From Candidatus Bathyarchaeota archaeon (GTDB lineage: Archaea > Thermoproteota > Bathyarchaeia > Bathyarchaeales > Bathycorpusculaceae), in contig CAVYES010000005.1 of assembly GCA_963767735.1 (NCBI GenBank), forward strand, positions 480,001-544,000: a stretch of DNA of 64,000 nucleotides. The letters are read 5' to 3'. Positions 1-11,061 of the stretch are shown here, in pieces; position 1 is the stretch's first letter, and each line of letters starts with the position of its first letter. The notes below the pieces were generated by a model. The model was given only the letters and a program-made list of their open reading frames with translations, was not told the DNA's origin and did not search any database. A program made the position numbers and the translations under genes.

Positions 1-1400
1 TTCTTGGAAGAGACCAAATAATGACAGCTTTCAAAGATGGCAAATATCAGATATTGCTTTCAAGCGAAGTTGGCGGTGAAGGACTTGACTTTCAATTTTG
101 TCATGCAATTATCAACTACGATCTGCCTTATAACCCAATGAGAGTTGAACAACGAATTGGAAGAATAGACCGATTCGGTCAGAAAGCTGACAAAATAATT
201 GTTACTAATCTCTTTATCGAAGGTACTATTGATGAAGAAATATACAATCGATTATACAAGCGCATTCGACTTATTGAAGATGGTATAGGTTCTTTGGAGA
301 CAATAATAGGAAAAGAGTTGGCTGACCTTCAAACCGCCATCATAACAGGGACGTTGAATATAGAACAAAAGGAAGAACTGCAAAGACGTGTAGAAGAACG
401 TGTGGCATCAGCAAAATCAGAGGCAGAAGAATTCGAAAAAAACCGTAAAGAACTATTGAGCGATGATTATCTTTCCGCTCCAATAAACAACTTATCCAAA
501 GGCGACTTCATTAGTCCAAAAGATGCTCAAGAACTAACCGAGATTTGTCTCTCAAAATGGAAAGGATGCAAATTCACTACAGACAGCAAAGGATTAGCAC
601 AAATACAAATATCACCAGAAATCTCAGCAGACCTAGAGCACTTCCTTCGAGCGCCTGGACGCGAAGGAGGTTATAACGAACTTCATCAATTGATTTCATC
701 CAAAGGATCTATCAAAATAATTTTTAATGGTCAAGAGGCTGAAGCGAACCCAGATAGAGTTTTCTTATCACCTACGGGTTATTGGTCTCGGTTTTTGGTT
801 GAAAAACTCGAACTTGAAAAAGCTATTTTCAAAACTTTCGGTTTTGCTTCCTCCAATATTGGCCTTCCAAATGGGAACTATATGATTTTCTTTTTTGAGA
901 TTAGAATGGAAGGAATTAAGACAGAAATTGAGCTTTTAGGTATTCCAATTGACCTTCTTGAAACCAAAGTCGCAGAGACAGATTTCAATACCTTGCCCAG
1001 ACTGATTGCTAATACAAAAGGATCCATAATTGAGCTAACGGAAAATGTTGACCCTAAATCCTACTTGGATTTAGCAATGGCATATCTTGATGAACTACTC
1101 GAAGACAAGAGGAAGAAAGTATCAGACGAAAATAGATACAGAGCTGAAAGCCGAATCGCCGCCCTGAAAAAAGGAACCGAAATAAGAAATGAACGACTTG
1201 AACAACAAATTAAAAATCATGTAACTAATAGAATAGATGAAGGAAGAGCGCCAGATGAGAACTATATTCGACTAACAAAATCAAGGATTGAAAAAGAAAA
1301 CGCAAAACTACTTTTTGCTGTAGAAACCCTGCAGAAAAAACAGATTCTAACACTTGATTACAATCTACAAGCGATAGCTTACATTATGGTTCGAGGATGA
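1..1400 (+). CDS. SNF2/SF2 helicase, C-terminal part (5' truncated by window edge)
   Basis: HELICc motifs V/VI: SSEVGGEGLDFQ, INYDLPYNPMRVEQRIGRIDRFGQ. Frame is open from the window start to ATG 21. Confidence 0.85.
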   Translation, partial: LGRDQIMTAFKDGKYQILLSSEVGGEGLDFQFCHAIINYDLPYNPMRVEQRIGRIDRFGQKADKIIVTNLFIEGTIDEEIYNRLYKRIRLIEDGIGSLETIIGKELADLQTAIITGTLNIEQKEELQRRVEERVASAKSEAEEFEKNRKELLSDDYLSAPINNLSKGDFISPKDAQELTEICLSKWKGCKFTTDSKGLAQIQISPEISADLEHFLRAPGREGGYNELHQLISSKGSIKIIFNGQEAEANPDRVFLSPTGYWSRFLVEKLELEKAIFKTFGFASSNIGLPNGNYMIFFFEIRMEGIKTEIELLGIPIDLLETKVAETDFNTLPRLIANTKGSIIELTENVDPKSYLDLAMAYLDELLEDKRKKVSDENRYRAESRIAALKKGTEIRNERLEQQIKNHVTNRIDEGRAPDENYIRLTKSRIEKENAKLLFAVETLQKKQILTLDYNLQAIAYIMVRG

Positions 1401-1403
1401 TTT

Positions 1404-4400
1404 TTGATGTTTGAAAATATATACGATCAAATTAGAGAAGAAAATAAAATAAACTATGGAACCAAGGTTAGTGTTTATGGGCCAATCTTACTGGGCAATT
1501 TGTATAGTGAAAGAACACATTTTATTTTTGAGATCCTTCAGAATGCAGAAGATGCTTGTGCAAGGGCCAGAAAAGCTGGCGAGATCAGAAAATTTGCGGT
1601 AAATTTCAGATTGTACCCTGATCGGTTGGAAGCGACTAACAATGGTATTCAATTTGACGATAGAGATGTTCGGGGAATTTGTGGAATAGTTGATTCCACT
1701 AAAGATCAAACTGTCACTCAGATTGGCAAGTTTGGAATTGGCTTCAAATCCGTTTACGCTTATACAGTTTCTCCCGAAGTCTTCAGCGGCCAACATTCTT
1801 TTTCAATAAAAGATCTTGTCCACCCGTTTTATGAAAAAAGAAAAGAACAAATCCATCAAGAAGAAACGGTTTTCATTATCCCGTTTAACAGACCTGACGT
1901 CAAACCCGAGACGGCATTTGAAGAGATTAAGAAAAAACTAAACAATCTAAGCCTAAGATCAATGCTCTTCTTAAATAACATAGAAGAAATTTCATTCAAA
2001 ATGGGATCAATTGAAAGCAAATACAATAGATCTTCAAAAAAAGAAGATGATCATTTCTTTATCACCCTTCGTAAAATTGAAAATGGTGTACAAAAGAGCA
2101 GGGAGAATTGGCTTGTATTTGAAAAACCGTTAGATGATTCCGGAAAGCACTCGCTGAATACCGCATACATGATTGTCACTGAAATACGTACTGGAAAAGA
2201 TAAAATAATGCCTGCAGATGACGCATTGCTCTTTGTTTATTTCCCAACAGACATGGAAACACATCTAAAATTCATAATTCACGGTCCATTCAATACTACG
2301 CCTGCAAGAGATAACATCAATAAGAACGATCAAAAAAATCTGAGAATTATTCAAGAAATAGGTGACTTTGTTGCAGAAAATATGACAAAAATCAAACAAC
2401 TAAATTTGTTTGATGTCGATTTTCTTAATGCACTTCCAATTGACACAGACCATTTTGCAGTGCGCGAGTCTATTTTTAGACCAATTTATGAAAAGGTTAA
2501 AGATAGACTTTGTTCAACCGAGGCTCTCCTGCCAACTTACGACAAAAGCTTTACAACTTCGAGGCAAGCGTTGATTTCAAGAAGTGAAGACCTTCGAAAG
2601 CTAATGTCAAGTGATCAACTTGATTTCTTATTTGGCAGAAAAAATAGCCGATGGCTTGATCCAGCCATAACAGAAAACAGGACGCCTGAACTTTGGAAAT
2701 ATTTGACTGGTACTCTGCTGATTGATGTTATCGACTCAGAGACTTTCGCTAAGTCTCTAACTGAAACTTTCTTTAAAAAACAGGCTGATGAGTGGATTAT
2801 TCGTTTCTACGACTTTCTTGGGGATCAAAAAGCTCTGTGGAGAGAGAACGACTGGGGGAACAACGGTATTCTTCGTTCAAAGCCAATAATAAGATTAGAA
2901 GACGATTCACACAAGCCTCCATTTGACGTTATTGGAAAATCCAACGTCTATCTTCCAAGCAAGGATCCGGCCATAAACAGTCAGTTCCGAAACATAGTAA
3001 AAAGTACGATATCATCCGACAAGAGAGCAAGAGGGTTTCTAAAAGCATTGGGCATTGAGGAACCCGATATAAGTGCCACAGTAATTGATTTGGTACTTCC
3101 TCTTTACGGAAAGGAAAACAAAGTTACGGATAACAATAATCTTTTGCATGTCAAAATGATCCTTCAATCTCTTGGAACCTGTTCCGAAAATAAGAAAGAA
3201 ACCTTGGTCGCTCAACTTCAGAAAATCTCATTTCTTAAAGCAGTTAATGCCGCAAAAAAAGAAAAAGGATACAAAAAACCCGGTGAGATTCATCTTGGGA
3301 AAGTTTATACAGGAATAGAAGGGGTCGAAGAATATTTTTCTGGGAACAATGCAATTTGGCTCTTAGATGAAAGCTATGTTTCAATTATGGAAAAAACCAG
3401 CTTGCTTCAAAAACTGAGAGAATTGGGTTGCTTTAGCGGAATCTGGTATTCTTGTACCAAACCTGATTACATGAATCATGTAGTAATAAATAACAGCTTT
3501 GGATGGCATTCGAGAGGATTGAATGGATTTGATCCCGATTGTGAGATAGAAGGTTTAGACTTCGCTTTAAAAAACATAAATGTTTTTCGCGCGAAAATTG
3601 TTTGGCAATTCGCGATGGATCTTAATCAAAGTATATTCGGTGAAGTGGAGAAAAGTACAAAACAAGACTATCAAGATTCCTCCAGGCAGTTTCAATATTC
3701 AAAAATGGGAAAGCTGCTCCACGAGAAAAAATGGGTTCCAGATTCAAAATCAATTTTCCACGAACCATCGACAATAAAGCTATCTGAAATTCCGGATGAT
3801 TTTGATAAAGAGAGCAACGAAGCAAAAAATGCCGCTGAGAAAATAGGTTTCAAATCGGAAACAAATCAGGAAATTGAGCGATTGTGCGCAAATGCTCCAG
3901 AAGATATTAAGCATCTACTCAAGCATGCTCAGCCACTTTTGGACATATTCAGTTCAGCAGGGCCAGAACAAAGAAACAAAATAATTGAAAGTGCGCGCCA
4001 AATCCTAATGGAGAAAAAAGAAATTTTGTTTGAAGATGATGGCAAAAATGTTTCGTACATTACACCAACGCGTTCAGAACTTTTGAGCGATTTTACATCG
4101 GCAATGAAAGCTGACCAAAATCAAGTGCCTATTCCAGGAGATAAAACCTGGACTGGCCCCACACCAGAGCAAGAAATCGAGATTCAAAAACGCAAACTTG
4201 AAGCATTATCAAAAATGTCTGAAGATCACCAAGTCATGTTGAAAGAAGAAAAACTGATTAAACGTGTGAAAAGCAAAGATAACCTTGAGCCCAATCTAAG
4301 AGCTTTCTTGCTTAACCAATACCACGGCAACTGCCAAGTCTGCAACGAGAGGCTCGACTTAGGTGTCTCTAAAGATCCATACTTTGAAATCTATCGTCTG

Positions 4401-4691
4401 GACGAAAAAAAGAACCTGCACGGCGAATGGAGCAACCAAGAACATAACGCAATATGTCTATGCCCAAACTGTCATGCACTAATGAAGTATGGCGGGAGAG
4501 ATTTGACAAAAATAATAGAGAAAGCTCAAAACGTCGCTAATCACGAAGAAGCACCCGATCCGGTTTCGAAAAGAAACGGAGATTTCTATATTACCGAAGT
4601 AAACATTGCTGGAGTAAAGAAAGAGATTTTCTACACTCCGATCCATATGGCAAGCATTATAGCCTTTCTAAAGTTTAGTCAACAGACATAA
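1404..4691 (+). CDS. Sacsin/NOV-like GHKL ATPase with C-terminal HNH-like Zn domain
   Basis: EILQNAEDA, NNG..F, IGKFGIGFKSVY and HGPF..TPARD motifs. C-terminal CQVC...N.ICLCPNCH. Confidence 0.8.
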   Translation: MMFENIYDQIREENKINYGTKVSVYGPILLGNLYSERTHFIFEILQNAEDACARARKAGEIRKFAVNFRLYPDRLEATNNGIQFDDRDVRGICGIVDSTKDQTVTQIGKFGIGFKSVYAYTVSPEVFSGQHSFSIKDLVHPFYEKRKEQIHQEETVFIIPFNRPDVKPETAFEEIKKKLNNLSLRSMLFLNNIEEISFKMGSIESKYNRSSKKEDDHFFITLRKIENGVQKSRENWLVFEKPLDDSGKHSLNTAYMIVTEIRTGKDKIMPADDALLFVYFPTDMETHLKFIIHGPFNTTPARDNINKNDQKNLRIIQEIGDFVAENMTKIKQLNLFDVDFLNALPIDTDHFAVRESIFRPIYEKVKDRLCSTEALLPTYDKSFTTSRQALISRSEDLRKLMSSDQLDFLFGRKNSRWLDPAITENRTPELWKYLTGTLLIDVIDSETFAKSLTETFFKKQADEWIIRFYDFLGDQKALWRENDWGNNGILRSKPIIRLEDDSHKPPFDVIGKSNVYLPSKDPAINSQFRNIVKSTISSDKRARGFLKALGIEEPDISATVIDLVLPLYGKENKVTDNNNLLHVKMILQSLGTCSENKKETLVAQLQKISFLKAVNAAKKEKGYKKPGEIHLGKVYTGIEGVEEYFSGNNAIWLLDESYVSIMEKTSLLQKLRELGCFSGIWYSCTKPDYMNHVVINNSFGWHSRGLNGFDPDCEIEGLDFALKNINVFRAKIVWQFAMDLNQSIFGEVEKSTKQDYQDSSRQFQYSKMGKLLHEKKWVPDSKSIFHEPSTIKLSEIPDDFDKESNEAKNAAEKIGFKSETNQEIERLCANAPEDIKHLLKHAQPLLDIFSSAGPEQRNKIIESARQILMEKKEILFEDDGKNVSYITPTRSELLSDFTSAMKADQNQVPIPGDKTWTGPTPEQEIEIQKRKLEALSKMSEDHQVMLKEEKLIKRVKSKDNLEPNLRAFLLNQYHGNCQVCNERLDLGVSKDPYFEIYRLDEKKNLHGEWSNQEHNAICLCPNCHALMKYGGRDLTKIIEKAQNVANHEEAPDPVSKRNGDFYITEVNIAGVKKEIFYTPIHMASIIAFLKFSQQT

Positions 4692-4711
4692 TGAAACTTT
4701 AATTCAGAACG

Positions 4712-5080
4712 TTACTCTTTCACAGAAACCCAATCGTACCTGTATCTAGGCACTTTACCTTTGCTCACATTTTTCTTCAGCATTTTCTTTCCAGCGACAA
4801 ACATATCTATCGCGGTTCTAACAACGTCACCGTATCCAGGTCCGCGTATTTGAAAAGCATCAATGAAATCACGTGTTCCCAAATCCTTTCCGCCTAATTG
4901 CTTCGCTATTTTTGGAATCGCAACCCGAAGTCTTTCAATAACTTTTGCTGTTCCCTCGATTCTTTCGTCACCATCATACATAACAGTTGTGAAAAGGCGC
5001 TCACCTGTTCGAGCATCTTTTAGATACTTTCGGTCTTCATATGAATTGGACATACAAATTTCTAACCAGATCAAATTCAA
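4712..5080 (-). CDS. hypothetical protein (likely start ATG 5053)
   Basis: 113-122 aa ORF with protein-like composition, convergent with the ATPase gene. No recognised motif. Confidence 0.55.
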   Translation of the reverse strand: MNLIWLEICMSNSYEDRKYLKDARTGERLFTTVMYDGDERIEGTAKVIERLRVAIPKIAKQLGGKDLGTRDFIDAFQIRGPGYGDVVRTAIDMFVAGKKMLKKNVSKGKVPRYRYDWVSVKE

Positions 5081-5221
5081 CAGTATTCTCTATTTACCTT
5101 TGCGGTTATTTCTTTAAACTCAATACTGTCAACCGATTGTAAGAACCAAAAGTCGGACCGATTAACCCTCATTTTTCAGTATGCTGTCTATTTCAGTGCT
5201 TATTTTCTTAATTCACCAAGT

Positions 5222-5305
5222 CTATGGTTCGTTTTCTGGGTTATCTTCTTCGCCATCGTCACCATCAAAGGCATCGTACGGTTCAGGCTCTTCTTCTTCA
5301 AACAT
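5222..5305 (-). CDS. putative 27-aa acidic micropeptide
   Basis: Read by hand: MFEEEEPEPYDAFDGDDGEEDNPENEP*. AT-rich TATA-like tract about 35 nt upstream. Confidence 0.3.
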   Translation of the reverse strand: MFEEEEPEPYDAFDGDDGEEDNPENEP

Positions 5306-5538
5306 TGTTTTTCATCCTTTAGATTTATTGACGCAATCTGATTATAAAGATTTTAGAAACTTGTCCCTCAACTTCTTTTCCCGCCGTCCTTTATCAAAAA
5401 TGACGCTCCTTGAATCCAATAATAAGTAGCAGCTATGTGCTCTATGAACAGATTCATCATCTCTTCTACGTTAATGCTTGCTGAGGGATCAGATACAGAA
5501 CTCCCCCCAAGCAATGGGTTTGGAGATTAACGACTAGT

Positions 5539-8298
5539 TTAGATTTCGTTGTTGCTAGGGAAAGGTTGAGGTAACTTCCCTGATTCTACGCTTGAATAGC
5601 CTTCTTTCTTCTTAACGGAATACACAACGTCAGCCACTTCTTCTATTTCGCTATGATGAGTAATTATAAGCATTTGTGGAATTATTCTGCCGCCTTCCCT
5701 AAAAAACGAGTTCAAAATGTTCACCAGTTCCTTGCGTCTTTCCTCATCCAGGTGCGTCGTGGGCTCATCCATAATAACAGTCTCAATCCTGCCGGACAGT
5801 ACCTGAGCAATGGCCAACCTTAGAGCTATTGCCAGAGCAACACGTTCACCCCCACTGATCTGATCGATATCTTGTTCTCCCGAAGGCCCTAATACACTAA
5901 TGTTGTAGTCATCATCAATTTTAATGTCGGAATAAGCAAGATTAAACCTTTCAAACAAGTCTCGTGTAGTTTTCTCAAGAAGAGGTCTAGCTCTAGCGCG
6001 AATCATCTTTTGAATGCCATCCTTGCCATAAGCATCTCTAATTTTGTTCAAAACGATGATGTAATTGTCCACCATTTTCTTTTCTGCGGCTTTTGCTTCA
6101 AGAACTTTAAGCTCTTCTCTATGTCTCTGTGCCTCATCTTCTGCGCTGATTTTGGCCTGCTCAGTTGCTGCAATATCTGCTGTAAAATTCTTCACTTCTT
6201 GGTTCTTGTACTTATAACCATCTTGCTTCGTTGAATGTTCTTTTTCATCATAGCCAAGGTCTTCTAACGCTCGAGTTGTTTTAGAATATTCATCTTTGCA
6301 GTTCCCTAACTCTTTTGAGGTTGATGTTACGCTTGATTCGTATTCAGCCTTTCTTTTCGCAATTGGGAGATTTTGATCGTACTGTTCTTTTATTTTTCTT
6401 AGTCTAACTAGCTCTTTTTGAGGTTCATTAGGTTCATGACCGAGTTTCTCAACCGATAGCGCAAGTGTTTTAGCGACTTCTTGAAGCGCTATACTCAAAG
6501 GTTTCTTTTCTTGTTCGATTGCTTCCTCAGCGGGCATTTTGTCCAGTTGTCGTTTTGCCAATTCATACTCCCTGTAAGAATAATCAAAGGCACCTTTTTC
6601 GCCTTCCACACACTTCAACTCTTCATCAATAGTCGCTAGCATTTCAACCTGATTCTCAAACTTTGAAATCTCCAACTTCGCGCTAGCAACCTCGTTTGAT
6701 GCTTCCGATAGCTCTAATGCCAGGCTCTCTAGCCTTCCAGAGTCAAGAGCATCAATCTGCTTCTTTTTTTCATAAATTTTGTCTCTTTCTCTTTCTGTCT
6801 CCTGAGACTTTATCTTTAATGCAGCAACGTCGTCATTCGCCACTCTTCGGTCCAAAGTATACTTGTTTATCAACTGTGCAACTCGTTCAGGAGACAACTC
6901 GGTGTCACACGTTGGACAGGCCTTAACCTCACTCTCGCTTGAAAATTTCAACAGGTTTTCATCCAATTCCTTAAGACTCTGATTCAAAACACCAATAGCT
7001 GAAGCATTAGCCTTGACTTTTACGTCAAATTCCTTTGCCTTATCCTCCAATCTCTTCTTAACCTTTTCGAGGACTAATCCAATGTTATAAATGGAAACTG
7101 TTTCTTCAAGGGCAGCACAATATTTTGCGATTTCTCCACTCAGGCGCTCATTCCTTCGCTTCTCCTCCTTTTCGCATTTTGCCAGCTCCTTCTTCGCCTT
7201 GACTAACGCCGTATCCGAACCTTCGAACTCTTTGCGGTCGCCTTTTTTCTCGATTAGCAGTTTTTCTTTTTCAAGGAAAAGCGCGTGGTCTTTCGCGTTT
7301 TCTTCTAAAGTCTTTTTGAGTGCCATTAATTCGTCTAGCTTGGTTTGAAGTGCACTTTGTTTGAGTTCTAAGCTATTCTTTTCGGCAAGACAATTTACAT
7401 ATGCGTCCAGAAAAGGAAGCCTATTGACGTTTCCTTCAAGAGTGATTATTATTTCTGTGGCTGAAACAGCTTTTCTGAGTTCCTCTTCCTCTTTTTTCAG
7501 TTTGCCCTCCAAATGTTCAATTCTCTGTCCAGTGATTCCTCTTTCTTTGTCAATCTTGTCAAAGTCTTTCTTCATAGCTGCTAGTTTCTCTAAGTCGGCT
7601 TCAAGATTCTTCAGCTCGCAATCAAGCACCCCTAACTTTTTCTTCTTAGATTCTAGCTGACCGCTGAGTTCTTTCATTCTACCTTCAGCTTGATCTTTTT
7701 GTTTTTCAACAATAGGTTTGCGTGCAAGTTCAGTTTCAAGTTTTATCTGATTATTGACATATTCCTGAATTACGGTTTTCATGCCGTTCCAGGCTCTATC
7801 TAGATCCTCAACTCCGAGTAATCTGGAGATGAGCTCTTTTCTGTCTCCTGGTCTCGCAGTGACAAGTTTTTCGATTTCACCTTGCCTAACGTAAACTGAC
7901 TGCATAAACATGTTTTTATCAATGCCAAGAATTTTCTGGACTTCAGGAACAACAGATCGCTCGCCACCTCTAACCAGCAGATTCTTCTTGTCTCCATCTA
8001 ATCGATATAGACTACCCTTGGCAGCGCCCTTTCGCTCCATTATCCAGTCACTTTCATAACCGATTCCGCCTTCCGTGAAGGCCAAACAAACTTTGCACTT
8101 ATCGGCCTTGGAATTGATGAGATTCTCTTTCTTTCCACGACTACTGCTATCACTGAACAAAGCGAAGCTTATACCGTCCAAAATCGAAGTCTTGCCAGAC
8201 CCGTTGGGTCCGACAATAACGTTGATGCCATAGCCTAACTCCAGCTCGGTTTTTTTATGCGAAATGAAATTTTCAAGCCTAATCTTGTTAAGAATCAT
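5539..8298 (-). CDS. rad50: DNA double-strand break repair ATPase Rad50
   Basis: Walker A GPNGSGKT, Q-loop VRQGE, coiled coil with CPTC zinc hook, ISGGE signature, MDEPT Walker B, ITHH. Confidence 0.95.
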   Translation of the reverse strand: MILNKIRLENFISHKKTELELGYGINVIVGPNGSGKTSILDGISFALFSDSSSRGKKENLINSKADKCKVCLAFTEGGIGYESDWIMERKGAAKGSLYRLDGDKKNLLVRGGERSVVPEVQKILGIDKNMFMQSVYVRQGEIEKLVTARPGDRKELISRLLGVEDLDRAWNGMKTVIQEYVNNQIKLETELARKPIVEKQKDQAEGRMKELSGQLESKKKKLGVLDCELKNLEADLEKLAAMKKDFDKIDKERGITGQRIEHLEGKLKKEEEELRKAVSATEIIITLEGNVNRLPFLDAYVNCLAEKNSLELKQSALQTKLDELMALKKTLEENAKDHALFLEKEKLLIEKKGDRKEFEGSDTALVKAKKELAKCEKEEKRRNERLSGEIAKYCAALEETVSIYNIGLVLEKVKKRLEDKAKEFDVKVKANASAIGVLNQSLKELDENLLKFSSESEVKACPTCDTELSPERVAQLINKYTLDRRVANDDVAALKIKSQETERERDKIYEKKKQIDALDSGRLESLALELSEASNEVASAKLEISKFENQVEMLATIDEELKCVEGEKGAFDYSYREYELAKRQLDKMPAEEAIEQEKKPLSIALQEVAKTLALSVEKLGHEPNEPQKELVRLRKIKEQYDQNLPIAKRKAEYESSVTSTSKELGNCKDEYSKTTRALEDLGYDEKEHSTKQDGYKYKNQEVKNFTADIAATEQAKISAEDEAQRHREELKVLEAKAAEKKMVDNYIIVLNKIRDAYGKDGIQKMIRARARPLLEKTTRDLFERFNLAYSDIKIDDDYNISVLGPSGEQDIDQISGGERVALAIALRLAIAQVLSGRIETVIMDEPTTHLDEERRKELVNILNSFFREGGRIIPQMLIITHHSEIEEVADVVYSVKKKEGYSSVESGKLPQPFPSNNEI

Positions 8299-9479
8299 GC
8301 CGTCTTCACTTTCTGGAAATATTCATCCGCAATTTTCTGAGCTTCATCAGAATCCCCAACCCTCAGATACTTCCACATCTCCAAAGCAAGCCCAGCCACC
8401 TTCTCGTCCTTGAAGAAGCTCTGAATAACCTGATTGACATTAAACGACCCAGCTTTCAATTCGGGTAATCTCATTTCCGAATCCTCCAAAATCTCAGGCC
8501 TAAAGCCCAAAACAACGTCAGCCAAAGCCCGAGTCAAAATCTGATGGACACTCTGTCTATCAATGTCTTTGCCCTCAACAACCACATGGACAAGAGGCAA
8601 CTTCAACATGCCTTCAAAAGTCTTAACCAGTTCCCTCAGGCTATCCTCAAAATGAACATAATTTAGCTTTACATCAACCTGTGGCCTAATACACTCAAGA
8701 TTAACATCTCTAACCTCGACATCATCGCCCTCAAGATCCACGAGGAAAAAGCCCTTTCCAATTTTCTTCCAACCGCTGATCTCAGTTCTGCTAATAATCT
8801 CCGAAGAACCCGGATAAGCCAGCTCACCCCCGCCAAAGGAAGCTTTAATCCGCTGGTGAAGATGCCCCATAGCAACGTAATCAAAATTTCGTGGAATCTC
8901 ATCTAAACAGACCTCAAAGGCGCCCTCAAAAGGCAAAAACTTGTCAATAGCTTCATGAAGCAGAAGAATTCCGCTTTTGCCATCCAACTGAAGGCCTCCA
9001 AGTTTCTTAAGTTCCTCCAGAAGTAACGGGCGATAGGTCCTGCTTAGATTAGACAACCCCGCAACCAAAACATCTTTTCCACCAATTTTCACCTGTTGAT
9101 GTTGAGCAGTTCCCCCAACACCAAGAATCTGCATTTGATCCTCAAAAAGCACATGAGGCGCCACACCACGACTTTTAGGTCTATCATGATCGCCCAACAC
9201 AGCAAAAACCTTAGCCTTTCCATCCAGCTTAGAGAGAAACCTCTTGAAAGCCCGGTACGCCTGTGGCGGAGGTCTTGGCGAATCAAAAAGATCCCCACAG
9301 TGAACAACAATATCCACATGCTCCTCAAGAATTTTATTGCCGATCTCATCTAAAGCGTCATAAATGTCCTTTTCCCGCTCATCCAAATTGTACTGTTTGT
9401 AACCAAGATGGGTGTCTGCCAGATGCGCAATTCTAACCATACTATTGCTTATCCTCCGCTGTGAAGCCTTCGAGTTCAT
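8295..9479 (-). CDS. mre11: DNA repair nuclease Mre11 (likely start ATG 9440)
   Basis: HLADTHLG, GDLFD, GDHD, LLHE, MGHLH, YPGS motifs. Overlaps the rad50 start. Confidence 0.93.
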   Translation of the reverse strand: MNSKASQRRISNSMVRIAHLADTHLGYKQYNLDEREKDIYDALDEIGNKILEEHVDIVVHCGDLFDSPRPPPQAYRAFKRFLSKLDGKAKVFAVLGDHDRPKSRGVAPHVLFEDQMQILGVGGTAQHQQVKIGGKDVLVAGLSNLSRTYRPLLLEELKKLGGLQLDGKSGILLLHEAIDKFLPFEGAFEVCLDEIPRNFDYVAMGHLHQRIKASFGGGELAYPGSSEIISRTEISGWKKIGKGFFLVDLEGDDVEVRDVNLECIRPQVDVKLNYVHFEDSLRELVKTFEGMLKLPLVHVVVEGKDIDRQSVHQILTRALADVVLGFRPEILEDSEMRLPELKAGSFNVNQVIQSFFKDEKVAGLALEMWKYLRVGDSDEAQKIADEYFQKVKTA

Positions 9480-11061
9480 CTCTCAAGCGTTTACTCTGGT
9501 TCTCAGAGGTCTCCTCATTCGCTTTCTCAATGGCCGACTTCATCTTGCTAACTATGTCAATGTCGCTGCCGCCTTCACGAGTCCGCCGACGCTTAACCTT
9601 TACCATAACAGGCGCTCTAGTCATCTCTCCGACAAGCACAGCTTCCCCTGTGTTAAGTCCAGGCAGATCTTCAAGTAAACTCTGCCCTAAGCGTTCCGAA
9701 CTTCTTGCAATCGCTAGTTGGTCGTCAGGATTGGTCATCCGCATAACAATCTGACTGTTGCACTGACTCAAAGCATCAGGATGAATCTTTGAAGGCCGCT
9801 GAGTAATCACAACCAAGAATACGCCAAACTTTCTGCCTTCCGCCGCAATCTTCTTAATAATTCGACTAGATTTTGTGTTGCCTTGAAAAGGAATAAACCG
9901 GTGCGCCTCTTCCACAAAAACAAAAACCGGAAATGGAAACTCGCCGTTAGAAACTTGATCATAAATATCCGATAGCAGCCTAAACGCAATGTAATCCGCA
10001 ACTTCGTCACTTAAACCTGAAAGATCAACATCAGACAAATGCCTGGGCCTAAGCAAAGCGTCAATACCCGTAGAAACGGAAGTGAATACATGCATCTTCA
10101 CAATTTGTTTAACATATTTCTGAGCAGATTTAGCACCTGCAATCTTGTTTTTTTCTACACCTTTTTCTTTCCAGCCATCAGCCTTCAGCTCTTCAAGCAA
10201 ATCCTCAGGCTGAAAAACATCTTTCTTTGCCCTCAAGTATTCAATTGCCTGCTCTAATCCTTCCTGGATATTAGTCATGTTCTTGCCAATATTTGCAATA
10301 AGGCAAATCTCATCAACGTCCAAGTCTGAGAAGCATATTTCATAAGGCTCAACCTTGCCAACTTCCCCCTCAGAGTATCTCCCAGTGCTCGCAGGGTTTC
10401 TGAATATAGTAATTCGGTCAGAAAGTTCATGTCTCTTGCCATCTGCGTTTCTTCCCAAAAACACATAGTCCGCATGTGGATCCAACATTACAATAGTTCC
10501 TCCCTTGGCAAGTAATTCATCAGCGAGAATGCCGGCAAGATACGTCTTCCCCGAACCCGTCTGTGCTAAAAGCGCCAAATGCCTTCTAAACCCTTTAATC
10601 GAAAGCGCCACAGGAACCTCGCTGCGAGTAATCAAACTGCCCACTGCTATTGATTCGTCGATTGGATACGAATAAAACTTCTCAAGCAACTCCGTTGGAG
10701 CAATATAAACGGGCTTTCCTGGAGTGATGGCTTTCTTAGGCAACTGAAGCTCACCTGAATCAGTTAAGAAACCAAGAACTCTTGCTCGCCCCCAAACCTT
10801 GCTGTCCGCAAGGCCTGACTCAATAATCTTTTTGATAATTTCAAAATTCAACTCTTTCGTCAAGGCCTGACTCGCTGACATAACTCTCTCAATCTGAGCA
10901 ATCACTTGAACCTGCTTCATCTGCCCATCCAACTCTTCTTCCGAATAGATCATCAAATACTCCCAACGCGACGGCATCTCACTGGGTTTAGAAGAAAAAT
11001 CAAAAGAAACTGAATTTGCCTCGCCGATTATTATTCCAACTTCTTTAAGGGAACCTGACAC
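9442..11061 (-). CDS. herA: HerA helicase/translocase
   Basis: N-terminal HAS barrel, HLALLAQTGSGKT, DPHADY, EEAHRF, EGRKFG, ITQRP. Confidence 0.93.
   Translation of the reverse strand: MSGSLKEVGIIIGEANSVSFDFSSKPSEMPSRWEYLMIYSEEELDGQMKQVQVIAQIERVMSASQALTKELNFEIIKKIIESGLADSKVWGRARVLGFLTDSGELQLPKKAITPGKPVYIAPTELLEKFYSYPIDESIAVGSLITRSEVPVALSIKGFRRHLALLAQTGSGKTYLAGILADELLAKGGTIVMLDPHADYVFLGRNADGKRHELSDRITIFRNPASTGRYSEGEVGKVEPYEICFSDLDVDEICLIANIGKNMTNIQEGLEQAIEYLRAKKDVFQPEDLLEELKADGWKEKGVEKNKIAGAKSAQKYVKQIVKMHVFTSVSTGIDALLRPRHLSDVDLSGLSDEVADYIAFRLLSDIYDQVSNGEFPFPVFVFVEEAHRFIPFQGNTKSSRIIKKIAAEGRKFGVFLVVITQRPSKIHPDALSQCNSQIVMRMTNPDDQLAIARSSERLGQSLLEDLPGLNTGEAVLVGEMTRAPVMVKVKRRRTREGGSDIDIVSKMKSAIEKANEETSENQSKRLRDELEGFTAEDKQ

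Noticed and set aside
5181-5429. 82-aa Ser-rich plus-strand ORF
   Set aside because: Low complexity, the antisense of the acidic micro-ORF.
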